Shown piece after piece: positions 28,620-44,917 of a DNA stretch of 64,000 bases. The first letter of the stretch is position 1. Each line of letters opens with the position of its first letter. The notes beneath the pieces were generated by a model that worked only from the letters and a program-made list of their open reading frames with translations, had not been told where the DNA came from and did not search any database. Source of the stretch: an uncultured Gemmatimonadales bacterium (GTDB lineage Bacteria > Gemmatimonadota > Gemmatimonadetes > Gemmatimonadales > GWC2-71-9); assembly GCA_963730185.1 (NCBI GenBank), contig CAVSQW010000007.1, positions 416,001 to 480,000 on the forward strand, in the 5' to 3' direction. Position numbers and translations under genes: made by a program.

Positions 28620-30081
28620 CGGCAGGCGGGGCCGAAGCCCCCTCCGCCATCGGGAACTCGAGTCGGAAGCAGGCGCCGGCCTGCTCCTCCGGCTCGAGGG
28701 TCAGCCGGCCGCCGTGCTCTTCGGCCACCCGACGGGCCACCGCGAGTCCCAACCCGGTCCCCTGCGGCTTGGTCGTGTAGAACGGGCTGAACACCTGGGC
28801 GGCCGAGTCGGCGGGGACGCCCGGTCCGCTGTCGACCACTTCCACCTCGACCCGCCGGTCCCTCGCCCGGCCCCGAATCAGGATGGTCCGCTGCTCGGAG
28901 CTGGCCAGCTCCATCGCCTGGCTCGCGTTCATGAGCAGGTTCACGAACAGTTGATGGAGGAGGTCGGGATCGCCCCGGATCAGGAGCGGGCCTTCCAAGT
29001 CGCGGTGCACGGTGACGCCGGTTCGCTCCAGTTCGGTGTCGAGCAGGGCCATGGCTCCGTCGACGACCTCGGTGACGTCGATCTCTCGCAGCTTGGGCTC
29101 CCGCCGCTTGGCGAAGTCCAGGAGGTTCCTGACGGTCCTGGTGATCCGGCTGATCTGGCGGATGATGATCTGGAGGTGGCGCTCCTGAACCTCGGGTCCC
29201 GAGGGAGTGCGAAGCATCATCTCGGCCCGGCCGGAGATCACGTTGAGCGGCGCGGCGACCTCGTGGGCCAGGCCCGCGGCCAGGTTGCCGATCTCGGCCA
29301 TCTTCTCCGCTTCTCGCAGCCGTCGCTCGAGCGCGATCCGATCCTCCACCTGATGAGCCGCCTCGGCCCGCGCCACCTCGAGCCGCTGGGCCATCCCGTT
29401 GAACTCCCGGGCGATCTCCTCCATCTCGGCCCCGCTCGGGCCCTCCGGAATCCGATACGAAAGGTCGCCACCGCCGACCGTCCGGGCCGCCACCGCCAAC
29501 CGCGCCATGGGTCGAGAGACCACCCGGCGGACCAGCCAGAGGGTGACCAGCGTCACGGCCACCAAGAGCGAGACGGTGTTGAGGAGGAAGCGCAGTCGGA
29601 GCGCGTCGAGCTGATCGCCGATGAACGAGATCCGTTGGGCGACCTCCAGCACGCCGACCGGATGACCGGCCCGGCCCCGGAGCGGGCGGAGGACACTCAG
29701 CACCAGCTCGTCGCCGAGCTCGCGGGTGACGGTGCGCTGGCGTCCGGTGGTCAGCACCCGCTGAAGCACGGCGAGGGGCGCCGAGCCGGCCGACCGCTGA
29801 GGGTCGGCAGCGTAGGCCTGACGCCCGGTGCTGTCGTAGACGATGACCGCGTACACGCTCGGCTCCCGCTTGAGCGCGTCGACGATCGGGCCGATGTCGC
29901 TCGGCGTGGCCGCCGTCCGGTCGACCACCAGCCCGAGCACGGTGGCGTAGGCCGCGAGCCCCTGCTCGACCTGCGGTTGGAGCGTCCCCTCGCTCTCGAG
30001 CAGGGCCCAGACGGCGTACGCCACCATGATCAGGGTCACGGTCGGCAGCAGCGAGAGCAGGAGGCGCGTGCTGAGCTTCAT
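28612..30081 (-). CDS. Membrane sensor histidine kinase with HAMP domain
   Basis: Two TM helices flanking a periplasmic domain, [30 protein letters not shown]. Confidence 0.93.
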   Translation of the reverse strand: MKLSTRLLLSLLPTVTLIMVAYAVWALLESEGTLQPQVEQGLAAYATVLGLVVDRTAATPSDIGPIVDALKREPSVYAVIVYDSTGRQAYAADPQRSAGSAPLAVLQRVLTTGRQRTVTRELGDELVLSVLRPLRGRAGHPVGVLEVAQRISFIGDQLDALRLRFLLNTVSLLVAVTLVTLWLVRRVVSRPMARLAVAARTVGGGDLSYRIPEGPSGAEMEEIAREFNGMAQRLEVARAEAAHQVEDRIALERRLREAEKMAEIGNLAAGLAHEVAAPLNVISGRAEMMLRTPSGPEVQERHLQIIIRQISRITRTVRNLLDFAKRREPKLREIDVTEVVDGAMALLDTELERTGVTVHRDLEGPLLIRGDPDLLHQLFVNLLMNASQAMELASSEQRTILIRGRARDRRVEVEVVDSGPGVPADSAAQVFSPFYTTKPQGTGLGLAVARRVAEEHGGRLTLEPEEQAGACFRLEFPMAEGASAPPADA

Positions 30082-30212
30082 GGCGTGCGCGGGATCATCT
30101 CCGGTGGCGGTCGGCTCCGCAAGGGTCGGCCCGGAGGGCCGCCCGCTTGTTCCGGCCGGCCGCCCCCCTGTCGACCCTGCGGCCGGCCGGTGCCCTGACC
30201 ATATTCCGGGCC

Positions 30213-34517
<4,305 letters not shown>

Positions 34518-34551
34518 CCCCTCGCCTGTCCGCGCGTCGTCCGGAGGCTGC

Positions 34552-37203
34552 CTAACGTTTGGTCGTGTCGGCCAGCGCGGCCCGAAGCGCGGCCGCCTGC
34601 TCGGGCTTGCCCAGGGCCTCGGCCTCGTCGGCCAGGTCCCGGCGGGCCGCCCGGAGCCAACTCACTGCGGGATCGGTCTGCTTGCTCAGAATGTCGAACC
34701 CCGCTTGCGTCTCCACCTCGGCCGAGTCGTAGAGATGCCGGCGGAGGAGGGCCCGTCCCAGCTTGATCCGCGCGATGCCCACGTTCAGGTGGCCGGGCGG
34801 CAGCGTCTTCGCGTACATCGCCAGGGCCTCGCGGAAGAGCGGCTCGGCCCGGGCGTACTCGCGCCGGGCCAGGTACACGCTGGCGAGGTTGGAGAGCGCG
34901 ATGCCGATCAGGTAGTGCTTGCCATCGTAGATCTTCTGGTAGGTGGCCACCAGGCGTTTGAAGTACCGCTCCGCCTGGTCGTAGTGATCCTCCATCAGGG
35001 CGGTGCTCCCCAGCTCGTTCAGCGCGGAGGCCACCTTCGGGTGGGTCGGTCCGTAGACCGACTCCTGGATGGCGAGGGCGCGGCGGAGCAGGGAGTCGGC
35101 TTCCGCGAAACGACTCTCGAAGATCAAGGTGCGTCCCAGCACGGTCAGATTGCTGGCCGTCTTCGGGTGGTTGGGCCCGTACCACGCCTCGGTCAGCTGG
35201 AGCGCCTGCCGATAGTAGCGCTCGGCCTCGGCGTAGTGACCCTCCTCGTGTTGGATGGCGCCGAGGTTGATCAGGTCCTCGGCCACCAGAGGGTGCCGGT
35301 CGCCGTGGAGCGCCCGGGTCATGGCGAGCACCTCCCGGGTCAGCGAGTCGGCCTCTTTCATCCGGCCGGCGTAGAAGTTGACGTTGGCCAGCTCGTAGAT
35401 CGCGTCGGCCAGGCCTGACTGCTGTTGCCTGCCGCGACCTGGAGGCGAACCGCCTCGGTGAGCACCACGGTGGCCGAATCGTACTCGCCGCGTTCCTCGA
35501 GTACCCGGCCCAGCACCTCCGTCGCGTCGGCCACGTCGGGATGGTTGGCGGGGAGCGTCCGCCGGGCCAGGTCCAGTCCCCGGCGGACCAGCCGTTCGGC
35601 GTCGTCGAAGCGGGCCTGATCGATCCGAAGCTCACCGAGGGCCACCAGAGTGCGCGCCACCTCGGGGCTCTCGGGACCGGTCAGTCGCCGCTGCTCTTCC
35701 AGGCTGGCCTGGAGCAAGGAATCGGCGCGGGGCAGCTTACCGAGCTGGGTGTAGAGGCCGCCGAGGGTGTGGTAGAGCTCCGCTTGAACGGCCGGCTCCC
35801 GGTCCAGTGTCCTGGCTTCCTGGAGGCCGCGGTCGAGGAGGGTCACCACCCGGAGGCTGTCCGCGGGGCCCACCTCGTCCTCGCCGCCTTGGAAGAGGTT
35901 GAGCATGAACTTCTGGATCCGCCCGGTGCGGGTGGCTTCGGCCAGGGCGGCGTTCCGGGCCCGGGTCAGGCGGACCGTATAGAAGGCGGTGAGGCTGATC
36001 ACCGCCACCAGGGCGAGCGCGGCGGCCGCGACCGGCTGTCGGTTCCTCCGAACGAACTTGCCGACCCGATACCCCAGGGTGTCGGGCCGGGCGTCGAGCG
36101 GCTCGCCGTCGAGGTAGCGATCGATGTCCTGGATCAGCGCGTCCACCGTCCGGTAGCGACGGTCGCGGTCGGGATGCATCGCGGTGAGGCAGAGCACGTC
36201 GAGGTCGGCCCACTCCGCCCGGCTCGAGGGACGGCGGTCGGCGATCCCCCTCGGCGGCCGCGCTCCGGACCGCGACCGACGGCCGCTCCGGTTCATGGCC
36301 GAGCAGCATCGCTCGGCCTCGCCGGGGGAGCGCCCGGTCAGGTCGAACGGGAGCCGGCCGGCGAAGAGCTCGTAGAGGATCACCCCCAGGGCGTAGACGT
36401 CGGTGTAGGTGCCCACCCGCTCGCCCCGGATCTGTTCCGGCGCCGCGTAGGCCGGCGTCATCAGCCGGAGCCCGGTCCGGTGTGGTCGCCGGGCAGGTCG
36501 AGGCTGTCGACGTGCTTGGCGATTCCGAAGTCCAGCAGCTTCACCGTGCCGTCGTCCTTGACCAGAATGTTCGAGGGCTTGAGGTCCCGGTGCACGACCG
36601 CCAACCGGTGGGCGTGGAGGACGGCTTCGCACACGGCCCGGAAGAGCAGGAGCCGGCCTCGGAGGGAGGTCGCCCGGCGGAGACAGTAGGTCGTCGATCG
36701 GCACGCCCTCGACGTACTCCATCACGAACCACGGCGTCCCGTCGGCCAGGGTGTCGGCGTCGTAGAGCGGCGCGATGGCGGGATGGTGGAGCTGGGCCAG
36801 GGTCCGCTGCTCGGTGGCGAAGCGCTCCCGCCGGGAGGGGGAAAGCGAGGCGTCGCGGAGGATCTTGATCGCCGCCAGGCTCCCGAGGTCGCTCCGTTCC
36901 GCCAGGTAGACCACCCCCATGCCGCCTTCGCCCAGGACCCGCTGGATCCGGTAGGGACCGAAGGCCTGCTCGCGGAGCCCGGGGGACCGGGTCGCGGTCG
37001 AGCACGGCGTCGGCCACGGGGCCAGGTCGCCGTCGAGCAGCGAGGCGCCGCGCTCGTCCTCCGCCAGCATCGCCATCACCTCGGCCCCGAGCCCAGGGTC
37101 GTCGGCGGTGCGACCGGCCACGAAGGCGGCCCGCTCCGGGAGGGGGCAGCTCCGTCGCCTCGTGGAAGAGGTCCTGGATCCGTCGCCAGCGTTCCGCGTC
37201 CAC
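34552..37203 (-). CDS. Ser/Thr protein kinase with TM helix and TPR repeats; several frameshifts (probably consensus errors)
   Basis: [13 protein letters not shown] start; [23 protein letters not shown] and YAAPEQ recovered across frames; TPR C-terminus ([15 protein letters not shown]). Confidence 0.8.
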
Positions 37204-37205
37204 GG

Positions 37206-37727
37206 TCAGGAGGCCCGGTTGAGCTCGTGCGCCAGCCAGGCCTTGGCGGCGCGCCAGTCACGGAGCACCGTGGCCTCGGAGATCTCCAGCAGCTCGGCCG
37301 TTTCCCGCACGTCGAGTCCGCCGAAGAACCGGCATTCCACCATCGTGGCTTGACGGGGGCTCACACCCGCGAGGGTTTCGAGCGCGCCGTCGAGGGCCAG
37401 GAGGTCGTTGGCCGAGGCTGCCGGAGTCTGGAGCGCTTCGTCGAAGGTCACCATCGCGGCCCCGGCGCCGCGCTTCTGCGCCTTGCGCCGGCGAGCCGCG
37501 TCGACCAGCACCTGGCGCATGGCCCGGGCGGCAATCCGCTTGAAGTGGAGCGGCGAGGTCTGGGCCACGGTTGGGGTGGCGGCCAGCTTGAGCCACGCTT
37601 CGTGAACCAGGGCGGTGGGGCTCATGCTGGCCGACGGATCGTCGCCCCGCACCGTCGTCGCCAGGCGACGAAGCTCCTCGTAGGCCAGGCTGAACAGCTC
37701 ATCGAGTGCGCGACGATCCTCGTCCAT
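37206..37727 (-). CDS. ECF sigma factor, kinase-associated (TIGR02999-like)
   Basis: YEELRRLA, PTALVHEAWLKL, AMRQVLVDAAR, VECRFFGGL, RDWRAAKAWL; adjacent to the kinase gene. Confidence 0.9.
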   Translation of the reverse strand: MDEDRRALDELFSLAYEELRRLATTVRGDDPSASMSPTALVHEAWLKLAATPTVAQTSPLHFKRIAARAMRQVLVDAARRRKAQKRGAGAAMVTFDEALQTPAASANDLLALDGALETLAGVSPRQATMVECRFFGGLDVRETAELLEISEATVLRDWRAAKAWLAHELNRAS

Positions 37728-37924
37728 CTCTTCTCCCGTGTCCGGGGGGCCCCGGGCCTTACGCGACTGGATGGACATCCGAATGACGGATCCCGGCCGT
37801 TCTCTCCGCAATGAAAGCCGGAGCGTGCCACACGGTCGGACGGGTAAGGCTATCACTCGGGCTGGACCCGAGCAACGGTCACGGGGCCGGGGCCGGGGCT
37901 GCGGCTCCTTCTCGAGGTGCGTCG

Positions 37925-38233
37925 ATGGCGCTGGTGGGTCCGCTTTCCCGATTGGCGCGGGAAGATGTCATCGAACGATTGCGAAGCACGGGGTCCTACG
38001 ATCCCGACGTCCTCTATGCCGAGAAGCTGGTCCTGCTCCGGCGAATCAGGACGCCGCGGATCGCGGGACTCTGCCTCGTCGCGGCTGGGATGCTCAGCCT
38101 CCGGCGTCTGGTCCTCGGATGGATCGGCGTGCCGATGGTCCTGGTGGGCTGGTGGCTGCATCGCCGCGGCGCGCGCAACGCCGCCACCGTCGAGTCCGCC
38201 TACGCCGAGTTCATCCGGATGCCCGGCGGCTGA
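37925..38233 (+). CDS. Small hypothetical membrane protein
   Basis: GAGG before ATG; 102 aa with a central hydrophobic hairpin. Confidence 0.6.
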   Translation: MALVGPLSRLAREDVIERLRSTGSYDPDVLYAEKLVLLRRIRTPRIAGLCLVAAGMLSLRRLVLGWIGVPMVLVGWWLHRRGARNAATVESAYAEFIRMPGG

Positions 38234-38278
38234 GACGGCTCGATCGGGTTCCTCACCCCGTGCTCCGGACTCGACCCT

Positions 38279-39631
<1,353 letters not shown>

Positions 39632-39632
39632 C

Positions 39633-40898
39633 TTACTCGGCTAGTCGACTCGGGACCGCGGAGTCGATCTCCGCGAGCGCCAGGTCGAGGGTGGAAAATC
39701 GGTCGGTCGGGCTCTTGGCCAGCATCCGCGATACCGCCGTCACCAGACCGGGCGGCAGGCCGGGCCGACGCGCCCCGAGGTCGGGCGCCGGCGTGTGGAC
39801 GTGAGCCCAGAGCAGCGCCATCGGGTTGCCGACCTCGAACGGGGGTCGACCCGCCAGCATTTCGAACAGCACCACCCCGAGGGAGTACTGGTCCGAGGCG
39901 CCGGTGATCGGCTCCCCCACGCACTGCTCCGGACTCATGTAGGTCGGCGTGCCCAGCGCGGCGCCGCTGACGGTCAGGCCCCGCTGCTCCGTCAGCTTGG
40001 CGATCCCGAAGTCGGTCACCACCACCCAGCCGTTCCGTTCCAGGAGGACGTTGTCCGGCTTCACGTCGCGGTGCACGACCCCGTGTCGGTGGGCGTAGCT
40101 CAGCGCGCCGCCCGCCTGGACGGTGACGGCGACGGCCCGATCCACGTCGAAGCGGCCGGCCTCCCGGAGCGCCGCGCCCAGCCCCGGTCCCTCCACCCGT
40201 TTCATGGTGAAGAAGCAGAAGGTCGGGGTTTGCCGCACCGCATAGATCGGGACGATATGCGGGTGGGTCAACGACGCCGCGATCCGCGCCTCACGCCGGA
40301 ACCGCTCCACCATGCCGACCCCCTCGGTCAGATCCGGGGCCATCACCTTGAGCGCGACCTCGCGGTCGAGCGCGAGATCGCGGGCCCGGAACACGGTCGC
40401 GGTGGCGCCGACGCCGATCTCCTCGAAGATCTCGTATTCGTCCGCGGTCTCGCGGCAGAGCGTCTGGAGCAGGTCGGATCGGATGGGCACCCAGCGCCCG
40501 TGTGCCTGAGTGTTCGAACTCGGGGACGCCTTGCGCGGACGATCCAGCGCCCGCCGGACCAGGCTCCGGAGCTCGCGCGGACTCTGGATCGGCTTCTGGA
40601 GGTAGTCGACCGCGCCCAGCTTCATGGCCTCCACCGCCGAGTCGACCGAGCCGTACGCGGTCAGCACCAGGACGGGCATCGTCGGGCAGGCGGCCCGGGC
40701 GAACCGGACCAGCGACAGCCCGTCGTACCGCGGCATCCGGAGATCGGTCATCATCAGATCGTACCCGTCGTGTCCCAGTCGCTCCACCGCCTCGGCCCCG
40801 TCGCCCGCGACCTCCACCGTGTGGCCGTCGTCCCGAAGGGCCTCGGCCAGGAACTCGCGGACCCCCTCTTCGTCGTCGACCACCAGAATCCGGGACAC
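39633..40898 (-). CDS. Receiver domain fused to a Ser/Thr protein kinase
   Basis: REC (VVDD, TDLRMP, LTA, QKP) plus kinase ([36 protein letters not shown]). Confidence 0.92.
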   Translation of the reverse strand: MSRILVVDDEEGVREFLAEALRDDGHTVEVAGDGAEAVERLGHDGYDLMMTDLRMPRYDGLSLVRFARAACPTMPVLVLTAYGSVDSAVEAMKLGAVDYLQKPIQSPRELRSLVRRALDRPRKASPSSNTQAHGRWVPIRSDLLQTLCRETADEYEIFEEIGVGATATVFRARDLALDREVALKVMAPDLTEGVGMVERFRREARIAASLTHPHIVPIYAVRQTPTFCFFTMKRVEGPGLGAALREAGRFDVDRAVAVTVQAGGALSYAHRHGVVHRDVKPDNVLLERNGWVVVTDFGIAKLTEQRGLTVSGAALGTPTYMSPEQCVGEPITGASDQYSLGVVLFEMLAGRPPFEVGNPMALLWAHVHTPAPDLGARRPGLPPGLVTAVSRMLAKSPTDRFSTLDLALAEIDSAVPSRLAE

Positions 40899-40908
40899 CG
40901 TCAGGGCC

Positions 40909-42228
40909 TCACGACCGGGGGATCACGATGCGGAACACCGCACCCCCGTGGGGATGGTTGTCGGCGGTGATGGTGCCGCCGTGAAGCTCGGCGATTCGCT
41001 TGGCGACGGTCAGGCCAAGCCCGGTGCCCGTGGTTCGGGTGGTGTAGAACGGGACGAAGATCCGAGCCCGGTCGCCCCCGCTCAACCCCGGTCCGAAGTC
41101 GCGGACCGCGAATACGAGCGACGACCCGTCGCGGCTGATCGTCGCCTCCGGCCGGGTACCCTCGGCGGTGACCTGACGCGCGTTCCGAAGCACGTTCGTC
41201 AACACCTGGCGAAGCCGCTTGGCGTCGACCGACCAGGTCGCCGGGGCATCGGTCACGACCGTCGCGAAACCGTCGGGCGCAACCTCCTCGGCCGCGGCGG
41301 CCAGCAGGGCCGCCGGGTCGACCTCCTCGCGCTCGATCGGCCCGGTGCGAGCGAAATCGAGGAGATCGGAGGTGAGCGCTTCCAGCCGGACCGCTTCCTG
41401 GACGATCCGATCGGCCTTGCGACGCTCCGGTGCCTGGTCCGGCAGCCGTTCCGCCAGGAGCTGCGCGTGCCCCTTGAGCGACGCGAGCGGGTTCCGAATC
41501 TCGTGCGCCAGCACAGCCGACATCTCGCCCAGCATCCCGAGGCGCCGCTGCTGCTCCACGACCTGCTGGGCCCGGTCGTGCTTCACCGAGACCCACCAGA
41601 AGAGCAGCGAGGCGCCGAACAGGGCAGCGGCAACGATCGCCGAGACGATCATGCTCCGCTCCGCCTGGGTGACGAGATGGCGGGCGAACGAGGGCTCGAA
41701 CTCCACCATGACCATGGACGGCCGGGGCCGGGGGCCCTGGTCCATTCGATCGGGGTTGAATCGGTCCCAGGTGAGCCGGCCGGTCGAATCGGCCGCGACG
41801 GTGGGCGGCAGATAGGCCACCGCTTGGAGTCGCGCCCTCGGGCCCGCCGAGAGCGTGAGCAGGTCACGCGGTCCGCCACCCCGCGCCTCCAGCGTCGCGG
41901 AGTCGGGGGTCGGCCGGATCGAGGTCCCGGCCCAAGCAACCAGACGGCGGTCGGAATCGTAGAACGCGATGTAGCGGGCGCCCGAGGTCTCCTGCTGCGC
42001 CAGCAACGAGTCCATGAGGATCGTCCCGGGTGGCCCGTCCCGGTCTCGGAGCGTGCGGCGGAGCCCGCTGGTGAGGAGCTCGCCCTGGCCGCGGTCCAGC
42101 GCGGTGGTCGCCTCCTTCGCCTCCCGAAGTCCGAGCCACGACGTCACCAGCAGCGCGGCCGCCATGGCGAAGGTGGTGCCCAGCAGACCCCAACGTCCCA
42201 ACCGTCCGCTCTGCAGCCGTGGTGTCAT
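40909..42228 (-). CDS. Membrane sensor histidine kinase
   Basis: Two TM helices, LAHEIRNPL, NVLRNA, DFGPG, GTGLGL; GAGG before ATG 42228. Confidence 0.92.
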   Translation of the reverse strand: MTPRLQSGRLGRWGLLGTTFAMAAALLVTSWLGLREAKEATTALDRGQGELLTSGLRRTLRDRDGPPGTILMDSLLAQQETSGARYIAFYDSDRRLVAWAGTSIRPTPDSATLEARGGGPRDLLTLSAGPRARLQAVAYLPPTVAADSTGRLTWDRFNPDRMDQGPRPRPSMVMVEFEPSFARHLVTQAERSMIVSAIVAAALFGASLLFWWVSVKHDRAQQVVEQQRRLGMLGEMSAVLAHEIRNPLASLKGHAQLLAERLPDQAPERRKADRIVQEAVRLEALTSDLLDFARTGPIEREEVDPAALLAAAAEEVAPDGFATVVTDAPATWSVDAKRLRQVLTNVLRNARQVTAEGTRPEATISRDGSSLVFAVRDFGPGLSGGDRARIFVPFYTTRTTGTGLGLTVAKRIAELHGGTITADNHPHGGAVFRIVIPRS

Positions 42229-42333
42229 GGCGCCAACCTCGTCGGGGACCGTTCCAACATGTTGTTCATGATAAGGATGACGCTTACCTCTCCCCATCCA
42301 TCGTGGGCCCGGGCGCTGGGCGATGACATTCTC

Positions 42334-42436
42334 GCATCAGACGCGCCACGGCTAACAGATGTCAGAACAACAACTTAGCATGGCTCAACCTGGCGAGAAG
42401 TGCAGTTACCGCACGGGTTGGTGTGCGACTTCCGCC
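42334..42436 (-). promoter_or_regulatory. sigma54 promoter with IHF-like and enhancer-like sites for the kinase operon
   Basis: Minus strand TGGCGC-GTCTG-ATGC at 42334-42348; CAA-N4-TTA at about 42368-42377; TGCAGTTACCGCA (42401) and TGCGACTTCCGCC (42424). Confidence 0.65.
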
Positions 42437-42523
42437 GATCGGCCGCCTCGTTGATGCGGTGCCGGGCCGGCGGTATGCTTCGCCCGTTCCCGACCGAATC
42501 GCCACCGTCACTCCCCGGGGCCC

Positions 42524-43348
42524 ATGAAGCTCGCTCAAAAGGTCGCGCTCGTCTCCGGCTCCGGTCGTGGCATCGGCCGGGCCATCGCTCGGAAACTCGC
42601 GGCGGAGGGAGCCCGCGTCGTGGTCAACGATCTCGACGAGGCCCCCGCGCTCGAGACGGTTGGGCTGATCGAGGCCGCGGGCGGCGAGGCGATCGCCGAG
42701 GTGGGGAGTGTGACGGACCCGGGATTCGCGGAGCGGTTCGTCGGAGCGGCGGTCGGTCGCTGGAACGCGCTCGACCTGATCGTGAACAACGCCGGTTACA
42801 CCTGGGACAACGTCATTCAGAAGATGAGCGACGAGCAGTGGGATGCGATCCTCGACGTGCATCTCAAGGCGCCGTTCCGGATCCTCCGGGCCGCGAGCGA
42901 GTTCATTCGCGCCGCGGCCAAACGGGAGGCGGCCGCCGGCACGGAGGTGTTTCGCAAGGTCGTGAACATCTCGTCGGTCTCGGGGCTGAGCGGGAACGCC
43001 GGACAGGCCAACTACTCGTCGGCCAAGGCCGGGATCGTCGGTCTGACCAAGGCGCTGGCCAAGGAGTGGGGCCGCTACCGGGTCAACGTCAACGCCGTCG
43101 CCTTCGGGCTCATCACCACGCGTCTTACGGCGGCACCGGCCGATGGCGGCGCGACGATCGAGGTGGGCGGGCGGGAGATCCGGATCGGTCTCAATCCGCG
43201 GATCTACGACTTGACCGAGACGTTGATCCCCCTGGGCCGGGCGGGGACCGTCGAGGAGGCGGCGGGGGCCGTGTCGCTGTTCTGCCTGCCGGAGTCGAAC
43301 TACATCTCCGGCGAAGTCGTGATTTGCGGGGGCGGCTACACCATGTAG
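42524..43348 (+). CDS. SDR oxidoreductase (3-oxoacyl-ACP reductase-like)
   Basis: SGSGRGIG, NNAG, GQANYSSAK. Confidence 0.9.
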   Translation: MKLAQKVALVSGSGRGIGRAIARKLAAEGARVVVNDLDEAPALETVGLIEAAGGEAIAEVGSVTDPGFAERFVGAAVGRWNALDLIVNNAGYTWDNVIQKMSDEQWDAILDVHLKAPFRILRAASEFIRAAAKREAAAGTEVFRKVVNISSVSGLSGNAGQANYSSAKAGIVGLTKALAKEWGRYRVNVNAVAFGLITTRLTAAPADGGATIEVGGREIRIGLNPRIYDLTETLIPLGRAGTVEEAAGAVSLFCLPESNYISGEVVICGGGYTM

Positions 43349-43357
43349 CCGCTGGCG

Positions 43358-44755
43358 TCAGGCCGAGGGTTGCTCGGGCTCGCCCGGAGCCGGGGCGGGC
43401 TCCGGGCCACCGGTCGGCGCGGTCGCCAGCGCATCGGGTGGGCTCGCGGGGTCGGCCTCCGGCTGGTTCGAGGCCTCGGCCTTGGGCTTCGCCGTCGGCG
43501 TTTCGCTGAAGACCCGACATCCGATCAGGAGCCGCTCGCCGCTGGCGCACTTGAGGGCCCAGGCGTGAGGCCATCCGTCGGCCGAGGCCGGGGGCTCCTC
43601 CTTGATCTGTTCCGGCAGACCCATCTCGAGGTCGATCGAACGAATCAGCAGCGAGGCCCGGATCCGGCCCGCGAGGGTATTGGCCAGCTCTCCGAGCACC
43701 TCGGGCGCGCCATCCTCGATCGACGTCTCCACCTGGAGCATCTTGGAGGCGATCCCGACCGTCGACGCCTCGTCACCCAGCAGCGAGACCTCGATCCCGG
43801 CGCCGGTCGAGCCCTCGGTCAGCTTGATCGTGGACCGGTAGGTCCAGACCACGTCGTTGGCCGGGGAGTCGACCTGGCCGACGTCCTGACCGGCCAGGAC
43901 GCCGATCGTTTGCCGCGCCGCGGTGATGATCTCGGGAGCCAGCTCGCCGCCGAGAAGCTCGGCCAAGCGGTCCGTGGGACCGAGCTGGTGCAAGACCGAC
44001 CTGAGCTGCTCCACGAAGTCGATCGGAATGAAGCTCTTCTTGAGCACGCCGTCGAAGTGTCCCGCCCGCTCCGCATCGACCGGGTCGTCGCCGGCGAGGA
44101 GGTACACCCGGGGTGCGGACACCCCGAGACTCGAGGCCACCCGTTGAAGGGTCCCTACCAGTTGTTCGCCGCTCATCAGGTGGAGCCGGTCGGCGACCAG
44201 CACCACCGATGGGGGCGGCGTGCGGCCGCGGTACAGGGCCACCGCCTCGGTCCCCGACGCCGCCTCGACCACCTCGCCGGCCGGCCCGAGGAGGGGCTTG
44301 GCGAAGGCGCGAAAGTTGGGGTCGCTGTCGACCAGCATCAGGCCCTGGATCGACGTCGCGGTCTCCCGAATCCTCAGGCGACGAGTGGCCTCGATCGTGG
44401 GGCGAAGCCGGTCCAGCGCCTGCTCGGGGTTGATGGGCTTGACCAGGTAATCGGTCAGCCCAAGGTCGATCATTTCCCGGACCAGGCTCTCTTCGCTGTG
44501 CGACGAGACGCAGATCACGGGCAGGTGCTTGTACCGCTCGGTGGACCGGATGGCTTGCAGGGTCTCGAAACCGTTGAGAAACGGCATCTCGAAGTCGAGC
44601 AGGATCAGATTCGGCTCGTGCTTCTCGAGAAGCGCCAGTAGCTCGAGCCCGTTCTCGGCAGCCAGGCTCGTGACGTCGAGCTTCTGGAGCAACCGGGTCA
44701 GCAACTTCCGAGTGTTGCGGTCGTCTTCGGCGATCAGAGCCAGCACCGGTCGCAC
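43358..44755 (-). CDS. Response regulator: REC, degenerate REC and CheX/CheC-like phosphatase domain
   Basis: Canonical first REC (EDD, LLDFEMP, VKP); second REC degenerate; C-terminal VLGELANTLAG (ExxN) and MGLP. Confidence 0.8.
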   Translation of the reverse strand: MRPVLALIAEDDRNTRKLLTRLLQKLDVTSLAAENGLELLALLEKHEPNLILLDFEMPFLNGFETLQAIRSTERYKHLPVICVSSHSEESLVREMIDLGLTDYLVKPINPEQALDRLRPTIEATRRLRIRETATSIQGLMLVDSDPNFRAFAKPLLGPAGEVVEAASGTEAVALYRGRTPPPSVVLVADRLHLMSGEQLVGTLQRVASSLGVSAPRVYLLAGDDPVDAERAGHFDGVLKKSFIPIDFVEQLRSVLHQLGPTDRLAELLGGELAPEIITAARQTIGVLAGQDVGQVDSPANDVVWTYRSTIKLTEGSTGAGIEVSLLGDEASTVGIASKMLQVETSIEDGAPEVLGELANTLAGRIRASLLIRSIDLEMGLPEQIKEEPPASADGWPHAWALKCASGERLLIGCRVFSETPTAKPKAEASNQPEADPASPPDALATAPTGGPEPAPAPGEPEQPSA

Positions 44756-44822
44756 ACCTCGCTTCCCGATCTCTCAGAGGTTCCTCGGCGATGCCGAGGC
44801 CTGGCCTTCCTGCGACCTAGGA

Positions 44823-44850
44823 GTATCGGCATCGGCCGGGAGCGACTTGA
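44823..44850 (-). promoter_or_regulatory. sigma28 (FliA)-type promoter
   Basis: Minus strand TCAAG-15 nt-GCCGATAC upstream of a chemotaxis-type gene. Confidence 0.78.
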
Positions 44851-44917
44851 GATGCCTCAAGATCCATTCCGACAAGGGGTTGGCCGCGATCGAACCCCTC
44901 GGCGTAAGCCGATCTGG

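Noticed and set aside
34552..37203. Programmed frameshifting or phase variation in the TPR kinase
   Set aside because: The shifts are numerous, partly compensating and not at canonical slippery sites or long repeats; sequencing error is more likely.
37784..37830. Possible ECF promoter (TGACGGA...TCCGCAAT) and a TGGCAC sigma54-like box
   Set aside because: I have no reliable consensus for this ECF group, and the sigma54-like box has GG-N9-GC spacing rather than N10.
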